DNA of 64,000 bases from an uncultured Alphaproteobacteria bacterium (GCA_963739755.1 CAVUCB010000099.1:11148-75147), one strand, 5' to 3'; positions 12,122-23,174 are shown, counted from the first letter of the stretch. The notes: generated by a model not told the origin, from the sequence alone. Numbers and translations: made by a program.

Positions 12122-12230
12122 CGGATGTCCGCTTTAAATGCGCATAACGGACTCAAGTCTGACATCGCGCCATGTCCGAAAAAGTGCCAGATTCTGGAAG
12201 TCGGGCGACCTCACTCGATCAGCTCGGTAG
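12122..12230. repeat. Dispersed rhizobial palindromic repeat (ATGTCCGCTTT...GGAC type)
   Basis: ATGTCCGCTTT...AACGGAC...ATGTCCGAAAAAGTGCCA...TCACTCGATCAGCTCG. Confidence 0.5.
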
Positions 12231-12299
12231 CATAGACAAGTAGTGTTGGCGTTAAGTCCCATAGCTTCACGCGGGCAGCCGCCCGCTCAAAACACGTAC

Positions 12300-14700
12300 T
12301 CAGTTCGGAACAGAAAAATGATCTGGCGGTAGACCAGCCCGCTCGCGCTCGTACATTGTGGTGTAAGCTGCCTCGATATGTTTGGTGAATAGCTTTGTAT
12401 CGAATAGCGGTGTCGTCAGACGATTATCCGCTAGCTTTCGTTTTATTTTCATCAACTTCTCTGGGTTCGTCGCAAGCTCAATCGCGATGCGCTCGTAGTC
12501 CTCTAACGTCGTTGTAATAAGCTCGGGCACCCCTATCGCATTCAATAAGCTTGCGCCTACTCTTCCTGCGAATGTTCCCCCAACGCAGGTCAACAAAGGC
12601 AAACCAGCCCAAAGTGCATCGCTTGCGGTCGTATGGGCATTGTAGGGCAGCGTATCGAGAAACAAATCGCCCAGACGATGCCTTGACAAATGGTCGGGCA
12701 AAGGAATTCGATTTGCGAACACGAGGCGATCAGGGTTGACACCCCAACCCCTCGCTGCACTCCTCAAATGCGAACCTGCTCTTGGATTGTCCACTAGAAG
12801 CCACAATACACTATCTTCCACGCGCTTGAGGATGCGCATCCAGCAATTAAACGTGTCGGGTAGAATTTTGTAGTTGTTGTTGAAACAGCAGAACACAAAC
12901 TCGTTTTCAGGCAATCCACATTCCACGCGACCAAATTTGTGAGTTCCTATCTCCTTCTTTCTGTCATTTGCTTGATAGCAATTCGGTAGATAAGCGACCT
13001 TTTCTGCGTAGAACACCTTTTGATCCTCAGGGATTACGTGCGGATCCGCTACGATATAATCTATATAGCGCGCGCCTAGCGTTCCGGGAAAACCCAGGTA
13101 ATTGACCTGAATAGGTGCTGGTCGCCGGGCAAACACTTGCGTTCGGTCTTTCCCGAAATAGCCATTTAGATTGACTAAAATGTCTATCTGATTTTCGCGG
13201 ATAGCAGCAGCGGCAGATGAGTTGCTTAGCTTACTTATGTCGATCATACGATGTAGCGAAGCATCGATGCGCTTCCGTATGTCACTTTGATCGTTCCATC
13301 CGTTATCAATGCCATAGACTTCAAATCGAGAACTATCGTGAAGTTCTAAAACACCAACAATAAGATGCGACGTAGCTTGGTCACGCAGTTCGCCCGATGA
13401 ATAGCCAATGCGAATTTTATCGTGATTAGCTAACGGTCGGCGCGTTGAGAATTTAACGTCGGTTGGAAAAATGGCTTTACTATACATTTCGGCACACAAT
13501 TGCAAACTTCGTTGTGATTTCGCTGCGCCCTGCCAGCCAAATGGAAGGGTCGATAGCTTGCCAGAAGCGATGTCTATATCAATTTCCGCAATTGTCTCAT
13601 CTAGCCTCTCCCAATCGCAGCACAGCATTCTTTCATGAAGCAGACCCCCCTTCGTGAATGGATACTGCGGATCAATCAAGAGTACCTGAGCATAGGCAGC
13701 TGCAGCCTCCTCGTGACGTCTGAGTTTGGTAAAAACAGTGCCACGAGCAAACCATGCCTGAACAAGATCTGCTTTCATTGTTAGAGCTTTATCATAAGCC
13801 CCAAGCGCCTCAGCGTAGTGTTCGATTTCGCGGAAGCAATTGCCACGACCAACCCACGCTCCAACTAATTCAGGCTCAATTGCTAGAGCCCTGTCGTAAG
13901 CGGCAAACGCCTCATCGTAACGTCGGAGTCCGACGAGTGAATTGCCGCGAACAAGCCACGTTTTACTTGCATCCGGCTTAAGTGCCAGGGCTTTATCATA
14001 TGCGCTGAGGGCCTCATCATCCCGCATGAGTGCATGAAAAGCGTTTCCATATGCGAGCCACGCCTCGGTTAGTTCGGGCTTCAGCCTTACCGCCTTTTCC
14101 AGAGCAGCAAGGGCCTCATCATATCGTTCGAGATGCCCGTATAGGGCACCCTTGTTAAGATAGGCTTCCGCATATTGGGGATTGAGGGAAAGTGCTCTCT
14201 CAATGCTAGTCGCCGCCTCATCAAATCGCTTCATTGTCATGAGCACTGTACTTCGCTCAACAATTCCAGCAATGTGCGTTTTCTCGATTGCGAGAAGCTT
14301 ATCAAACTGCTCCAACGATTCCGGCAATTGTCCCGTTTGCAGGAATGCAGTTGCGCTGATGTAAAGTAGAGCTATGCCATCACCATGGACTTTAAGTCCC
14401 TTGTGACAAGCTTCAAGTGCGGCTTTGTAATCTCCTATCTGACACAGGACCGTGGCGTAATTTTCAATGAATGTGAGGTTTGACGGCTGCATCGACACTG
14501 AGCGCGCCATAAGAGACGCCGCTTCTTTGAGATTTCCGTTGGCGGCTTCGATAATTCCAAGAGAATGAAGCGCAGGAAGATGCCTTGGATCTCGTTTTTA
14601 TGATTTTACGATATAACGCGGCGGCCTCGTTATACCTACCACTTTGATGTAGCGAAAACGCTAATTGTAGGTTTTGGGTTTCGCCTTGCTTCGACATCAT
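12300..14700 (-). CDS. TPR-containing O-GlcNAc transferase-like protein (GT41/SPINDLY-like), frameshift near 14590
   Basis: Multiple TPRs; KIRIGYSSGEL, RPAPIQVNYLGFPGT, FCCFNNNYKI, DLFLDTLPYNAHTTASDALWAG; visibly lower GC than flanks. Confidence 0.9.
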
Positions 14701-14939
14701 GCACACCCGCCAAAAGGACAGACTCGGCTGAATTGAATTGATCATTCAATTGCGCATAGCCGGGCTCATGTAAATTACCATCTCACTGCTGTTTCTTGCG
14801 ACATAGCATGAAGCTCAGTCGCTAGCCATTTTTCGGGTTCCGCTCCGCCCCCAACAAGGGACATCGCCGCTCCGTTCGGCTCACTGCATCGCCCGCGCCG
14901 CCACGATCTCGATCTTTGGTAGCACAGCCGCGCGGTGAG

Positions 14940-15374
14940 CTAGGCTCCAGCGGTTCGTGATGGCGAGGCGATGATATCCTGCTTCGGATCGTATGAGAGG
15001 ATCGCAAGCGAATTGTCTTGAACGATGCGAACAAAGCTGTCGGCATCGCCTTCGTGATCGAGAAATGGATAACGCTGTGAGGCTTGGCTCGGCGTCACGT
15101 CATACCGCTCGCCGTCATCCGTTTCGATGATCGAATGAGGGTTGAAGTTGACCAGCGGGACGAGACCGAGACTAGCCTTTGCGATATCGAACACCATCCA
15201 ACCGTGAACGACTTTGCAACCGGGATTGTCTCGTGCCCATGTGCCAGCGTTCTCGTGACAGTCGAATTCCCGGTGGCGCGTATCGACCATCTTGTAGGGT
15301 ACGACAATGCCGGTTTGCCGCCGCGCATAGAGACGCCTTGCGAGCATCAGAAGCTCATCCCCAGTCTGCGTCAT
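14940..15374 (-). CDS. Hypothetical protein with C-x-x-N...GW...H...DVTP motifs (possible papain/transglutaminase-like fold)
   Basis: 144 aa: DCHENA, VVHGW, NPHSII, YDVTP. Confidence 0.55.
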   Translation of the reverse strand: MTQTGDELLMLARRLYARRQTGIVVPYKMVDTRHREFDCHENAGTWARDNPGCKVVHGWMVFDIAKASLGLVPLVNFNPHSIIETDDGERYDVTPSQASQRYPFLDHEGDADSFVRIVQDNSLAILSYDPKQDIIASPSRTAGA

Positions 15375-15595
15375 CAGGGTGATAGTAGCAGAGCGCAGGG
15401 AGCTACGCTCACCAGTGCGCCCGCCGCCAGCCTTAACAACACCGACTCCAGTTGGGCGGGGGGCGCTTGCTTTGAGCCGGTGTCGTGGACCCAAGGCCAG
15501 CGAGGGGCTTCTGGCTTTTAGCAAGCGTATGTGACCGCCGGTCATCACGAAAAGCTGAACCGCCCCAGGATTGCCGGAGGCTATTTTGTTTGAAG

Positions 15596-16827
15596 TCACG
15601 CCGCCACGGCGGTTTCTGCCACCATGGCGTAGTAGCGTTCCTCGGCTTCGACCGGCGGGATGTTGCCGATAGGCTCCAGCAGCCGGCGATTGTTGAACCA
15701 GTCGACCCAACCGAGCGTTGCGAATTCGACGGCTGGCGGCCGAGCCTCGTCTGACCGCGCTGGCAATCCTCGGTCGCCTCGCCGAACATTCCCCCGAAAA
15801 GTTCGGGCCGCCGCAGCACACCATCGTGCAGCGCTTGTTGCGATCGCTCAGACGAAATGCAGCCGAGGTGATCATCCCTCGCATGGCCGGGGGTACGGCA
15901 CCGGCCGCCATCGGCTGATCCCGGGACTGGGGGCGGCGCTGCGTGTGATGGGCACTCCGCGACGCCCCCAGTCCCCTCCGATCCCGCGAGCAATGACGCA
16001 ACCTCGGACCGGCCGACAGTCGGAACTATATCCGTCAAGCGAAAGTAACATCCTCAGGTGAGGCAATACGGTCCGCCATGATCCGCGCCGATGGATGACC
16101 TCGGCCTTGTAGAGGCCATTGATCTTTGGAGGGCATTGTCGTAACTATCGCCGACGCTGCCGACCGACGGCTCGATCCCTGCTTCCGCGAGGCGCTCGGT
16201 ATACTTGATCGAGACGTATTGGCTGCCTCGGCCGCTGTGATGCACGAGCCCGCCGCGATGCGCCGGTTGCCGGTCATGGAGGGCCTGCTCGAGCGCATCG
16301 AGTACGAAGCTCGCATGCGCGGTTCGTGAGGTCCGCCAGCCGACAATGCGCCGCGCATAGGCGTCTATGACGAAGGCGACATAGACGAAGCCGGTCCAGG
16401 TCGAGACGTAGGTGAAATCCGAGACCCACAGCGCATTCGGGCGCGGCGCATGGAACTGGCGATTGACGTGGTCCAATGGGCACGGCGCCGCCTTGTCGCT
16501 GACCGTGGTTCGCACGGGCTTGCCGCGGATCACGCCCCGCAACCCCATGCCTCGCATCAGCCGCTCCACGGTGCAGCGGGCAACGTCAAAACTCTCGCGC
16601 TGCAATTGCCGCCAGACCTTGCGCACGCCATAGACCTCGAAGTTCTCCGCGAAGACGCGGGCGATCTCAGGTGTCAGCGCCATATCCTGCTTCACTCGCG
16701 TGGAGAGCTTCTTCGGATCGGTGCGTTTGGCGACATGGGCATGGTAGGTCGAGGGAGCGATCGGCAAGACCTTGCAGATCGGCTCGACCCCATGGACCTC
16801 TCGGTGATCGTCAATAAACGCGATCAT
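15596..16827 (-). pseudogene. IS3 transposase OrfB (DDE), disrupted
   Basis: LWVSDFTYV, HHSGRGSQY, DSYDNA; small deletion near 16130; C-terminal AVEFATLGWVDWFNNRRLLEPIG separated at 15596-15733. Confidence 0.85.
15734..16070 (+). mobile_element. Fragment (3' end and terminus) of a second, unrelated IS inserted in IS3 orfB
   Basis: LAAEPRLTALAILGRL...FGPPQHTIVQRLLRSLR followed by terminus-like GTAACATCCTCAGGTGAGGCAATACG. Confidence 0.55.
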
Positions 16828-17153
16828 GGCTTGTACCGGCGGTCGAGCTCCGCCTGCGCAAAATAAGCCGACGCCTTGCGCAGGATCTCATTAGCCTGGC
16901 GAAGCTCCCGGTTCTCCCGCTCCAGCGCCTTGAGCCGGTCCGAAACATCCGATGGCACGCCGGATCGTTTGCCGCTGTCGATCTCGGCCTTCTTGACCCA
17001 CTCATGCAACGTCTGCGGCGTACAGCCGATCTTCGATGAAATCGAAACAACCGCGGCCCAGCGCGAGGCATGCTCGCCCTCGTGCTCCAGAACCATCCGA
17101 ACCGCACGGGTCCGGACTTCAGGTGAGAATTTGTTTGTCGTCTTGCTTGTCAT
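16824..17153 (-). CDS. IS3 transposase OrfA
   Basis: [14 protein letters not shown]...[23 protein letters not shown]. Confidence 0.9.
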   Translation of the reverse strand: MTSKTTNKFSPEVRTRAVRMVLEHEGEHASRWAAVVSISSKIGCTPQTLHEWVKKAEIDSGKRSGVPSDVSDRLKALERENRELRQANEILRKASAYFAQAELDRRYKP

Positions 17154-17430
17154 GGCTCCATCCTCTCAGGAGTTGGAGCCTCCGGCAAACCCGGGACGGT
17201 TCAGTCCTGCAGTAGCGCCCACTTCGAGCCGCCGATTTTCGCGCAAAAATAAATGCGGCGTCGGGCGTGTTTGTTGGTCTTCAGCTAAAGGCTTGATCGC
17301 GCTATCGCCAATGGCTTGCCGGTACTGCACGAGAGCGATACCTTTATTTGCTTCACGACAGACCGGCGCAGCCCTGTTCACGTAGGAACATCTGGGCGCG
17401 TACTGCTCTGTCTTAGGGGGGCACTGATAG

Positions 17431-17715
17431 ATGACAAAAGCGCAAACTCTCAATAACAGTGCATATTGTGACAATCCGAAAAGGATTGCTGCCTATCTGA
17501 ATAAAGCACTAGAGACGAACGACACAGCTATAATCGTAAAGGCGATTGGCAACATGATCCGCGCTCAAAACGTGAGCCGGCTCTCAAGGAACACTAAGCT
17601 GAGCCGCGAGGCCCTGTATCGATCGTTTTCGGGCCAAGGCAAGCCGGGGTTCGAAAACGTTCTGGATGTGCTGATCGCTATGGATGTTAGACTGGTCGCG
17701 AAGCCAACCAAATAA
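17431..17715 (+). CDS. Putative addiction-module antidote (HTH antitoxin), orphan
   Basis: IAAYLNKAL...AIGNMIRAQNVSRLSRNTKLSREALYRSFSGQGKPGF. Confidence 0.75.
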   Translation: MTKAQTLNNSAYCDNPKRIAAYLNKALETNDTAIIVKAIGNMIRAQNVSRLSRNTKLSREALYRSFSGQGKPGFENVLDVLIAMDVRLVAKPTK

Positions 17716-18024
17716 CGCCCGGTGGGTTCAGCCCGTGCCCCGCAACCCGATTGAACTACCGCCAGCCGTCGCGCGCCGCTTTGTCGAGGACATGCGGGGT
17801 TTCATTGCAAAGCCGAACCCCATATCAAGCGCGATGAGATCGCCGGCCGCCCGATCAGCCGGGAGAAGGAAATTCCCGGCTAGAAGCGGAATCATACGTA
17901 GGTGTTGCCCTAAAATCACACTCGCCAACGAATTATTGGATTAGGGTCGTCTTGTCATCGTCGACTCGTGTTTGGGCGCTTATGTCGTCCGCATGAAATC
18001 CGCAATCAAGCGGGGGAGATTGAA

Positions 18025-19608
18025 ATGAAGGCGATGCGAACTCTTGTGCTTCTTTCCTCAGTGGCGAGCCTGTGCGCGTTTGCCGACGCTCAGGCGGCCG
18101 ACCTGCCGGTCAAGGCCAAGGCCGTTGAGTATGTGAGGGTCTGCACGCTCTATGGCGCAGGCTTCTGGTACATCCCGGGAACCGACACCTGCATCAAGAT
18201 CGGCGGTTACCTGCGTGCCGACACCACCTTCAATGGCGGTTCCGCCCATGGTGGACCCGCATGGAGTGGCGATTCCGGCCAGCGCAACCGGTTCTACGAC
18301 GACTTCATCTCGCGCTCGCGCTTGGCGCTGCAGATCGATACCCGCACCGCGACCGAATATGGTGTGGTGCGCACCTTTGGACAGGGCGACTTCCAGTTCA
18401 ACAATTTTGGCACGTCCAACAACGCCGTGATCGGCGCGGCCCCGACGGCCCCCGGCGGTCTCAGCGGCAGCTTCCTCAATGGCGTCGGCGGCGGCTATGT
18501 CGCGGTCGAATACGTCTTCATCCAGTTCGCCGGCTTCACCTTCGGCAAGTCCGCCTCGGCCTATGCCACACCCTGGCAGGGCTTCCCAGGCAACATCTCG
18601 TCGTTCCTGATGGGCGGCGAGGACAGCGACACCGGCGTCAACAACATCCAGTACACCGCGCAATTCGGCAACGGCGTGTCGGGCTCAATCGGCCTTGATG
18701 AACCTTCCGTCTGGGATCGTACCTCGCTCTACAACCTGTCGGTCGGCCTCAATGCCGTCGGCACCTCCGGCTTTGCCTACGGCGGCGTGCACGCGCCCGA
18801 CGTCGTCGGCAACATCAAGGTCGACCAGGCCTGGGGCCTGTTCCAGTTTTCGGCCGCGGCGCACGAAGTGGATGCCTCCTACAACATCCTGGCTGCCGGC
18901 GGTCTGCCGACCAATCTGTCGGAAATCTCGGGTCACCCCTCCACCAAGTGGGGCGGAGCGGTGCAGGCGGCGTTGAATATCAAGAACATCCCGACCGGCG
19001 CCGGCGACGATCTCAAGATCGAAGCCAGCTATGCCTTGGGTGACACCAAGAGCGTGTTCTCGACGGCCGGCAGCACGCCGAACTTCGCGATGTTTGGTGG
19101 CAGCAGCCGCGCCTATCAGAGCGTAGGCTTCGGTGCGACCACGGACGCGATTTTCCTGCCGATCGCGAACGGGGGCACCGGCGACCTGAAGCTGACCGAA
19201 TCCTGGGGGACCAGCGGCGCCTTCACCCACAACTGGGATCCCTACTGGAACTCCGCCATCTTCGGGGCCGCGTCGTGGCTGCATTACAACGGCTCATCCA
19301 CCGACATCACCTCGGCCAAGGGGCAGTATTGCTTCCAGTATATCGCCAGCAACAAGCTGACGGCCGCCAACACCTCGGCGGATTTCAGCTGTAACCCCGA
19401 CTTCGCCGTCTACCAGATCGGCTTCAACACGCGCTGGACCCCGGTCAAGGGCCTGACCTTCACGGGTGAAGTGCAGTATGTCCGCCTCGACCAGAACTTC
19501 GCGGGCACCGCGGTGCTGACGCCTTCGGCCCCGAAGCCGACGACGAGCTACCAGTTCAAGGACCAGAACACCGTGCTGCTGCAGCTTCGCGTGCAGCGAA
19601 ACTTCTGA
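18025..19608 (+). CDS. Alphaproteobacterial porin, second paralog
   Basis: AQAADLPVKAKAVEYVRVC...VQRNF; GGGGGAG RBS; clear paralog of 8731-10314. Confidence 0.95.
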   Translation: MKAMRTLVLLSSVASLCAFADAQAADLPVKAKAVEYVRVCTLYGAGFWYIPGTDTCIKIGGYLRADTTFNGGSAHGGPAWSGDSGQRNRFYDDFISRSRLALQIDTRTATEYGVVRTFGQGDFQFNNFGTSNNAVIGAAPTAPGGLSGSFLNGVGGGYVAVEYVFIQFAGFTFGKSASAYATPWQGFPGNISSFLMGGEDSDTGVNNIQYTAQFGNGVSGSIGLDEPSVWDRTSLYNLSVGLNAVGTSGFAYGGVHAPDVVGNIKVDQAWGLFQFSAAAHEVDASYNILAAGGLPTNLSEISGHPSTKWGGAVQAALNIKNIPTGAGDDLKIEASYALGDTKSVFSTAGSTPNFAMFGGSSRAYQSVGFGATTDAIFLPIANGGTGDLKLTESWGTSGAFTHNWDPYWNSAIFGAASWLHYNGSSTDITSAKGQYCFQYIASNKLTAANTSADFSCNPDFAVYQIGFNTRWTPVKGLTFTGEVQYVRLDQNFAGTAVLTPSAPKPTTSYQFKDQNTVLLQLRVQRNF

Positions 19609-19623
19609 TCCCCGAGCAAGATC

Positions 19624-19665
19624 AAAAAACGGACCGCGATGGCGACCCCAGCGCGGTCTTTTTTA
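19624..19665 (+). terminator. Rho-independent terminator
   Basis: AAAAAACGGACCGCG...CGCGGTCTTTTTT. Confidence 0.7.
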
Positions 19666-19811
19666 TGCCTCAGCGCTGCGCACCGAGGCCCCATCCTGTC
19701 GCCGCGACCAGGAAAGGTAGTAGACGATCGCAGCGCGGGCCAGTAGCGCGGCACGAAATAGGCGAAGAGCAGGGGCGAGCACGAGCAGGTGCACCACACG
19801 ATAGAAGGCGA

Positions 19812-19986
19812 GGTTTTACGCGCTTATCGAATGCGCCTTCGTTTTGAGGGGCGCCCCGCGACAGCCGAGATTCTCTTTCTCCAAAAAACTCCGCTGAAAT
19901 CGCTGCCGAGTTTTCGCGACTGGCAATCAGGCCCGTAGGTGGCGTAAACCTATCGAGCATGCAATTCGGAATACCAGCGATTCGAG
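19812..19986 (+). repeat. ~175-bp element, copy 2
   Basis: Matches 10792-10965. Confidence 0.85.
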
Positions 19987-20313
19987 AACGCGGGGTCGTA
20001 AGACAATGGTGCGGCTGCTCTGCGGCCGATGGGAAGAGCAGTTGACCAAAAAGCTGGGCCTCGTGATCTGTTTCCAGTGTCAACCGCTGCTGTACTTGCG
20101 CGACGCCTATTCGGTCTGACAGTTTCTTTAACAAATCGTCGAGCATAACTTGCAACTTCCTAACGGCCACATTGTTGCGGCAGCGGGAGTTTTCGTTGAA
20201 CCATCTATCGTTCCCTTTTTTGCGACTGCTTCAGTTGGTCGAATGGGACGCGGCGGCTTTCGAAGCCGGACGCCAGGTCCTCCACCATTTTCCGCGATGA
20301 ACTCGACCACGGC

Positions 20314-20559
20314 CTAGCGCACAAACCCCCGTTTGCGTAGGCGGACACCAGCGCCGCCGCCATTTTCTGCTATGAACTCAATCCCCGCCTTCTCGAGGGC
20401 GTGCCGCACATCTTCAAGCGTGCGCGGATATGGCGCCCTTGCTCCCCGTTCAAAGTCTGCAATCGTCTTCGTGGCTGTTTTGCTTGCCTCTGAAAGATCC
20501 GATTGAGACCACCCGAGAAGACCGCGAGCTCCACGACATTGCGCAGGGCTAATCGACAT
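20314..20559 (-). CDS. XRE-family HTH regulator
   Basis: ISPAQCRGARGLLGWSQSDLSEAS...TIADFERG...GIEFIAENGGGAGVRLRK. Confidence 0.9.
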   Translation of the reverse strand: MSISPAQCRGARGLLGWSQSDLSEASKTATKTIADFERGARAPYPRTLEDVRHALEKAGIEFIAENGGGAGVRLRKRGFVR

Positions 20560-20565
20560 TGTTTG

Positions 20566-20626
20566 TGTAACCTTACATTTTATAGGTTGACTTTATTTAG
20601 TGTAGCATTACATTAATGATGTAATC
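20566..20626 (+). promoter_or_regulatory. Divergent promoter region with repeated palindromic operators
   Basis: TGTAACCTTACA (20566) and TGTAGCATTACA (20601); TTGACT-N17-TACATT (20587-20615). Confidence 0.6.
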
Positions 20627-20687
20627 AGCGGACAAAATTCAGGAGCGAAAATGGCTAAACAGCACCAATTCGGTGAACGGCGGAGCT

Positions 20688-21522
20688 ATGCCCAAGACTG
20701 GCCCGAACCCCTTAGTCTTACGCGACCGTCGTCACTTCATTGGCGGCTCCGACGCCCGGATCATCATGGGCCAGGACGAGAAGGCCCTCCATCGTCTCTG
20801 GCAGGAAAAACGCGGCGAGGCAGCCCCAATCGACCTCTCTGGCGTCCTCATCGTCCAGCTGGGCTTGGTGACCGAAGACCTCAACCGCCGCTGGTACGAA
20901 CAAAACTCCGGCCACCGGATCTCCGACATCCAGCGTCATGCCATCCACCGGACCATCCCCTGGATGGCCGCCACGCTGGACGGCTTGGTCAAGGAAACCG
21001 GCGCCGTCTTCGAGGCCAAGTACATGCTGCCGTGGTCGTTCTCGGAAGAGGCCGCGGCCGAGAAGCACATGGCCCAGCTCCAGCACAACATGCTGGTCGC
21101 TGGCGTCAGGAAATCCGTGCTGTCCATCATCAATGGCGGCGGCAAGTGGGTGGAGTTAACGATCGAAGCCGACCCGATCTACCAGACCATCCTGATCGCA
21201 GCCGAGAAGGCCTTCTGGCGGGCGGTCAAAACCGGCGAAACGCCTGCGCTTGTTCGATTGCGAACCGCCAAAACCCCGGATCGAAGCCGTCCGGGTGGTC
21301 GACATGAACGCTTCCAACTCCTGGGCGGAATTTGCCGGGCTATTTCGCGACACCCACCAGGCCCACGCCGACCACGAGCGGGCCAAGAGCGAGCTCAAGG
21401 GGCTGATGCCCGAGGATGCCAAGGAGGCGATGGGTCACGGCATCCGGGCAAAACGCTCAAAATCGGGCGCCATCAGTTTCGATCTCGTCGAGATGGAGGT
21501 CGGTCATGCATCGCTCCAGTGA
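20688..21522 (+). CDS. YqaJ-like viral recombinase exonuclease (frameshift near 21255)
   Basis: [29 protein letters not shown]. Confidence 0.85.
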
Positions 21523-22718
21523 AAGCGTCGCGGCGATTGCTACGGCGCTTGCGAAAGCCCAGATCGAACTCTCCAATCCCGAGAAGGCGATGGTGGGCAC
21601 GGTCTACAACAATCGCTCAGACCGTCCACAAAGCTTCCGCTACGCGTCGTTATCGAGCGGCCTCGACATTGTTCGCAAGACCTTAGGCGGCCAGCAGATC
21701 GCGGTTGCGCAAACCACCGACATTGATCGGGCCAACGGCATGGTCAACCTGACCACCGTCCTCCTGCACACCTCAGGGGAGTGGATCTCCTCAGACTGGC
21801 CGGTCTGCCGGACATCCGAGATATCCGCACCCCGACGGATGGGAGCGGCATTGACCTATGCCCGGCGCTACGCACTGTTCACGATGGTGGGGATCGCAGG
21901 CGAAAGCGATGCCGACCTCGATGGACTAACTGACGTGCCAGGCGTGGCGGCGGTCGAGAAGACTATTGCCACCGCTCCGGCCGGCCCCCTCTGGGACAAA
22001 GCCGGCTGAGCCGGCGGTCTTTCCAACGGCTAGCATGACCGCCGAGCAATCCACCGAGCGATGTGACCAATTACTTGATCAAATTCGAAACTGGGAAAGC
22101 CTAAAGGTTCTTCACGCTGAAGCCATCAGGATGATGCGCGCCAAAAATTGCCTCCAGGCACCGCATGCCAAACTCATCGAAACCGAATTTCAGGCAAAAA
22201 TGTCCTTGCTCGAACGGGAGGGCAGGGGCGTACCGTCTCCAGAGCAGCCTTTCGAAAAGGGCGAAGGCGCTACTCCCAGTCGCCGTCGGCAGACAAAAAA
22301 CAAATCGGCTGGCGTCAATAATAAAGGCGACATGGTGCCGCCATCCAAACCCGAAGACGATTCATCGCAGGCAGCTGTTAGCGAGTCGCCGTCCTCCGAG
22401 ATCGACAAAAGTTCGCTAACCTTCGGTGAACCCCGGCGCAGGCGCGACAAATTACATCTGCGCTTCGTCGCCACCCAGCCATGCTTGATTTGCGGTCGCA
22501 CCCCTTCCGACCCTCACCATCTGCGGTTCGCGCAACCCCGGGCGGTGGGACGAAAGTCCAGCGACGAATTCGTCGTACCCTTGTGCCGCACTCATCATCG
22601 CCAAAATCACAACGTCGGTGATGAACTCGCGTGGTGGGAGCCGACCATGATTGATCCTCTCAACGTGGCTCTAAGCTTATGGAGGCGCAGCCGTGGAGTG
22701 GTTGATACGGCGCCGTAA
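21506..22718 (+). CDS. ERF-family single-strand annealing protein fused to DUF968-like Cys/His domain (frameshift near 22000)
   Basis: ALAKAQIEL...FRYASL...LLHTSGEWI...[13 protein letters not shown]; C-terminal [18 protein letters not shown]...[13 protein letters not shown]. Confidence 0.85.
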
Positions 22719-22892
22719 TTTCTAAGCGGAGAACGGATCGACGGAACCTTCCCGCTAAACTTCAGGTGGCAAACGGTTTCGGAGTCCACTTCGAAATTTT
22801 GGGCCAAGAGCGATTCCGATCCAGATCGTATCGTCATCGGATACGAATCATTCAAGCTCAATCGCGCAACGTCATTCTAACGATGGAGTGAA

Positions 22893-23174
22893 TTGATGCC
22901 CTTGCCGTCCCAGAAGTCAGGATCCAGTCATCTCCCGGTCATACCCCGCAGAAAATCCCGGCTTAGCCGAATAAGTCGCCCAACTACATCGACGGGTTTT
23001 GAGCGCCTGCTGTCGAGCTTCCTTGGGATCATGATGATAGCGACCTTCCTTGCCGTCATGTACGGGTGGCACAAGATCGCGCACATCATCGTCACGGAGT
23101 ACGGATTGCTCGGTGCCGCCATCACCTGCGGGATCATCTACGTCGTCACCTTGATCGTGGAACGTCGCGACTAA
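22893..23174 (+). CDS. Small two-TM membrane protein
   Basis: Hydrophobic segments; paralogous fragment at 24088-24270 (HxIxTEYG). Confidence 0.45.
   Translation: MMPLPSQKSGSSHLPVIPRRKSRLSRISRPTTSTGFERLLSSFLGIMMIATFLAVMYGWHKIAHIIVTEYGLLGAAITCGIIYVVTLIVERRD

Larger units (their letters stand above)
15556..17203 (-). mobile_element. IS3-family insertion sequence, interrupted
   Basis: Terminal IRs TGAACCGCCCCAGGATTGCCGGAGGCT (15556) and TGAACCGTCCCGGGTTTGCCGGAGGCT (minus strand from 17203); orfA and orfB inside; no clear target duplication. Confidence 0.9.

Noticed and set aside
17730-17850. PRNPIELPPAVARRFVEDMR fragment
   Set aside because: Looks like a truncated small hypothetical gene; too short and broken to annotate
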